A stretch of 64,000 nt of DNA from Dicyema japonicum (lineage: Eukaryota > Animalia > Dicyemida), in assembly GCA_011109175.1 (NCBI GenBank), contig RDEW01000023.1, positions 469,225 through 533,224 on the forward strand, in the 5' to 3' direction. Of the stretch, positions 60,860-64,000 are shown in pieces. How positions within the stretch are numbered: the stretch's first letter is position 1; every line of letters begins with the position of its first letter. The notes under the pieces were generated by a model that made no database searches, had not been told where the DNA came from, and was given only the letters and a program-made list of their open reading frames with translations. The position numbers and the translations under genes are program-made.

Positions 60860-62640
60860 ATGGGAGTTACCTCTCATAATCGCGACTCTAATTTTCTGGA
60901 AAAGCCGTCACGTCAGTTTAGATACACCCTTCCGCTATCCCCGCAAGCCGTCCGATTAACCTGATAAAATCTGACATGCTCGGACTAATTCCGCCATACG
61001 TCTCAACGGAGATCTGCTGGAAAACGAACCGATCCACGATGATGTGGTACTCTTTTCTTTTCATATAAGAAGAAAGTGCTTGCTGCGGAACCCCCGTGCA
61101 ACGATGATCTAATCAAATTTCCATTGGAGAAAGTGTCGGTGCACGTTGAATCCCAATCAAGACACTTCCCTCGGCTTTATGGCATGGTTGTTGCACCATC
61201 CGGCCGTTTGCCATCACATCTATATAGACCTACGGGCTCCAGAAAACAAATAAACTCGCGTCTTCGATAGCTCTCATGACAGTCACGTTTAACATGGTAT
61301 GACGAGGGAATCTCCTGGAGCTCCGTCTGTATGACAGGGGGTGTAGTCCTTTCCTATCAACCATTCCACCACATCGGCATCGGTGTTCCAAGTAAACGTC
61401 AAGGCCAAGCCAATAAGTATTACCGTCAAGCAAAATACCAACTGTCCGTACCAACAAGGCAATAAGTCAGGACTGAAGTTCAGACATGTGCAACGATGGG
61501 TATCCGCGGACCTTCCAAGTTCATTTAGCTTTTAATCACAAAGTATTTCATCCCAGTACTTTTTAGAAGTAAAGTTTGTCGGAATACCAAACCCGTTCGC
61601 TGTCTACTGCTGCACAACTGCGTCAAACACAAGGTACAGACTCAATCCGTCACACGAACGTACAATTGAGGGTGCCAAGGCAACTTGTAAGGGACGACAG
61701 GTAAAATGGATAAATCGACAGGATACTTCAAACCAATTCCCCCAAACCTTATCTGGAACTTTCCTTGGGACCAGCCAATGCTGTCAAAACTGATATTGAG
61801 GACTTTTTCAGTTGTACTCCAGAGATTTGAGAGAATCATACTCATGGGAACAGAGAGAACTCCGTAATGAAAAGATCATCTTTGGAGCAAAAACGTTAAG
61901 AAAAGGTTCCTCGCGAAAAGTCGATGGCACCACGAATTAGTCTGTTGACCAAATTTGTAATAGATCTGGGAAGTTCCTTTCCGCTTCTGCAGTGCTTCCA
62001 GGGATGAGATCTTTTACATAGTCAAGCCGTAAACCACAATCCTGCTGCTGGAGCTACGGAAAGATTGAATTCAGTTAATAACTGACTCTTGTGAAATAAC
62101 AGAAACTGGAAGACTTTTGGTAGGATATCCATCAATATAGTCTAGTAGCCTCGGGGGCTGTTGCCTAGAGGTCGTGTCTAAGGTTAAGGCCGAATAGGTG
62201 GCAATATTGTAATTTGACTCAATAATCCTGAGGGCTGCGCGGATGTCTTTTTCGATGAGCTTTCGTTCTAGTCTTTTCTTTAGATTATTGCTTCTGAGGG
62301 AGTCCACACTATCCTCCCGTCCTGGTAAGGGAATACCGCGATCCGCAAGCATAGTTTCCAGGTCAGCAGTCATAATAGATTAGGCATTACTCCTGATCTG
62401 GAAACTAACAGAGGAGGGGGGAGTACAAAAGGAGCGAAAAGGAAGAGTCTCGTCCAGTCTTCAGGATGTTCGGAAGATAAGGCAGAATCGATGAAACATG
62501 AAAGATTTTCTGCCGCAATGATTCTCAGTTTTTCTGATGCGGATTTTTATCCTCAATCTCAGATCAGAGAGCTGGGAGAGTATCACCCGTGGACAATCAC
62601 TGAACGCGGATGGAGCAGACATTTTTCGGACTGGATAAAG
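60860..62640 (-). mobile_element. Decayed CRE-type RT-RLE element
   Basis: KLIEKDIRAALRI, IRFGGIGL, HRCRCG..VDRKGLHPLS and RPDGATT motifs. Confidence 0.7.
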
Positions 62641-62651
62641 AATGCATGAAT

Positions 62652-62975
62652 CCAGGTATTTATTAACCCCGATACACCGAGAAAGAAGTTAAAGTAAACA
62701 ACTAATTAATTGTATCCAGTTTCCACTTCTACAGATAGAGACCATCCGGAATTAAGGGTAAAAGACGTCCAGACTTGCAGTTGTGGAAACCCCTCCAGTG
62801 GAGTGGGGGAGAGAAAATGATCCTTTTTCGTGACGGCCTGACATTGGACGCCACCTAGACAGGTGGATCACACGACTCCACTCTAATAGGAAGAGAAAGG
62901 AGGAACAGACGAACAAACAGAAACTTCAACCAATTAGCAACGAAACACCATATTGCGCCACGCGACTAACATCCA
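62652..62975 (-). mobile_element. Second full-length SINE-X copy
   Basis: Collinear with 46497-46819 from head to GGGGTTAATAA tail. Confidence 0.8.
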
Positions 62976-63149
62976 AGTATTTAAAACTTCCTCAGTTTTC
63001 TTGGATAGTTTAACGCAGCTGATATGAAAAAAACAACAACGTTGGGAGCAGAAAACCCCCAATTTCGGGGAGTTTGAAAGGAGGCATATTGTACAGTTAG
63101 CGGTTTCGTAGGTTGTTTTGGTGGATGTACTGGTAGCATTGGGAGGATT

Positions 63150-63345
63150 ATCAATAGTATAAAGAGGGGATATATAAGGAATAGAATAGAACAGGATAGG
63201 CTAAAATAGAATTTAAAAAAAAAGGAAATACAAAAAAGAATAGAATAGAAGGGGTAAGTAAAAGATGATAGGATAGAATAGATCGGAAAGAAAGAGGTAA
63301 AATACGATGGGATAGAACAGAAGAAAAAAAACAGACGACCACAAC
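63150..63345. repeat. Low-complexity (GAATA/GATAG)-like repeat
   Basis: Purine-rich degenerate pentamer run. Confidence 0.7.
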
Positions 63346-63375
63346 AACAACATGTTAATGTTAAAAATGGTATAG

Positions 63376-63540
63376 AACAGGGGTGGGAAACCGTGGTTCT
63401 TTGAGTTTTTTATGTGGCTCTTTCAATTATCGCAAATGATTACTTACATCTCCAATAGAATCATTATCAAAATAGTTATAATAATAAATTCTGTCTGTGG
63501 CTCTTCAACTATGTTTGTAAATTTAAATTTTTGAACCAAA
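63376..63540 (+). mobile_element. Possible hAT-type MITE left end
   Basis: CAGGGGTGGGAAACC start and an internal TGTGGCTCTT repeat. Right TIR not seen. Confidence 0.4.
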
Positions 63541-64000
63541 AAACACCGTAACAGACATTATGCAATGCCTCCATGGAAGAATTTTTCGCCTATACTGTAT
63601 CTTCTGCATTCAGAGGACGTCCAAGAAGTTGTCTTCCAAGGACACTTGCGGAGGATTACGCTGTGATCGGGAGCCGACTGATGGATGCGGATCAGGAAAC
63701 GAGCACGACAACGAAAAGGACGAAGAAGACAGAAAAGATAATCAAAAAAATGGAACAAGCAAAACCATAAACAGTGTTTACTGGTAACACGAATGTGCCT
63801 TAACTATCGACAACTAAGCACTGTAATAGTCAGAATGAAAAAATTAGGTGATCTCGACCTCCCTCAACAGTCTTTGTATGCGGACTTGAAGGAAGTGTTG
63901 TCTAAGGACAACTCCTCTGGATGGTTGTTGACTAATGACTTTTTTTGGATATAAATTAGGATTATATCTGGCGCCATCAGAGATTGTGAACCACATGACG

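Noticed and set aside
63560-63787. Short overlapping ORFs near the window end
   Set aside because: No recognisable motifs, a low-complexity GA-rich stretch, and no clear splice pattern. I cannot support a gene call.
1-64000. Microsporidian or bacterial origin of the whole window
   Set aside because: A class A GPCR, a Maf bZIP, OPA3 and intron-dense CDK7/FANCM point to an animal host, although some TEs look microsporidian-like.

Overview
AT-rich eukaryotic DNA from a compact-gene, transposon-rich animal genome. Host genes carry uniform 22-26 nt GT-AG introns. Together with a class A GPCR and a Maf bZIP, this best fits a dicyemid (Rhombozoa); that is an inference. Host genes found: CDK7-like (10 mini-introns), OPA3, FANCM, a neuropeptide-receptor-like GPCR, a minimal Maf-type bZIP and a PIP5K-like gene. 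Most of the rest is nested mobile DNA: Ingi/Vingi-like APE-RT LINEs, an RTE LINE, CRE-like and R4/Dong-like RT-RLE elements, Tc1, MULE and hAT-like DNA transposons, and two SINE-type families. The most interesting signal is an ingi/L1Tc-style retroposon system with four parts. (1) Three LINE relics have a 2A (StopGo)-like GD(V/I)ExNPGP motif directly before the endonuclease. (2) A covarying HDV-ribozyme-like nested pseudoknot sits at the 5' end of two LINE copies. (3) A ~320-nt non-autonomous retroposon carries the same fold plus a LINE-like tail. (4) Many of these elements share a 3' signature, GGGATCAC...GGGGTTAA(TAA)n. Also notable is a Tc1 transposase whose DD34E spacing appears only after a 28-nt host-type intron is removed. 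All calls come from manual reading and remembered motifs; no database search or folding program was run, and TE boundaries are approximate.
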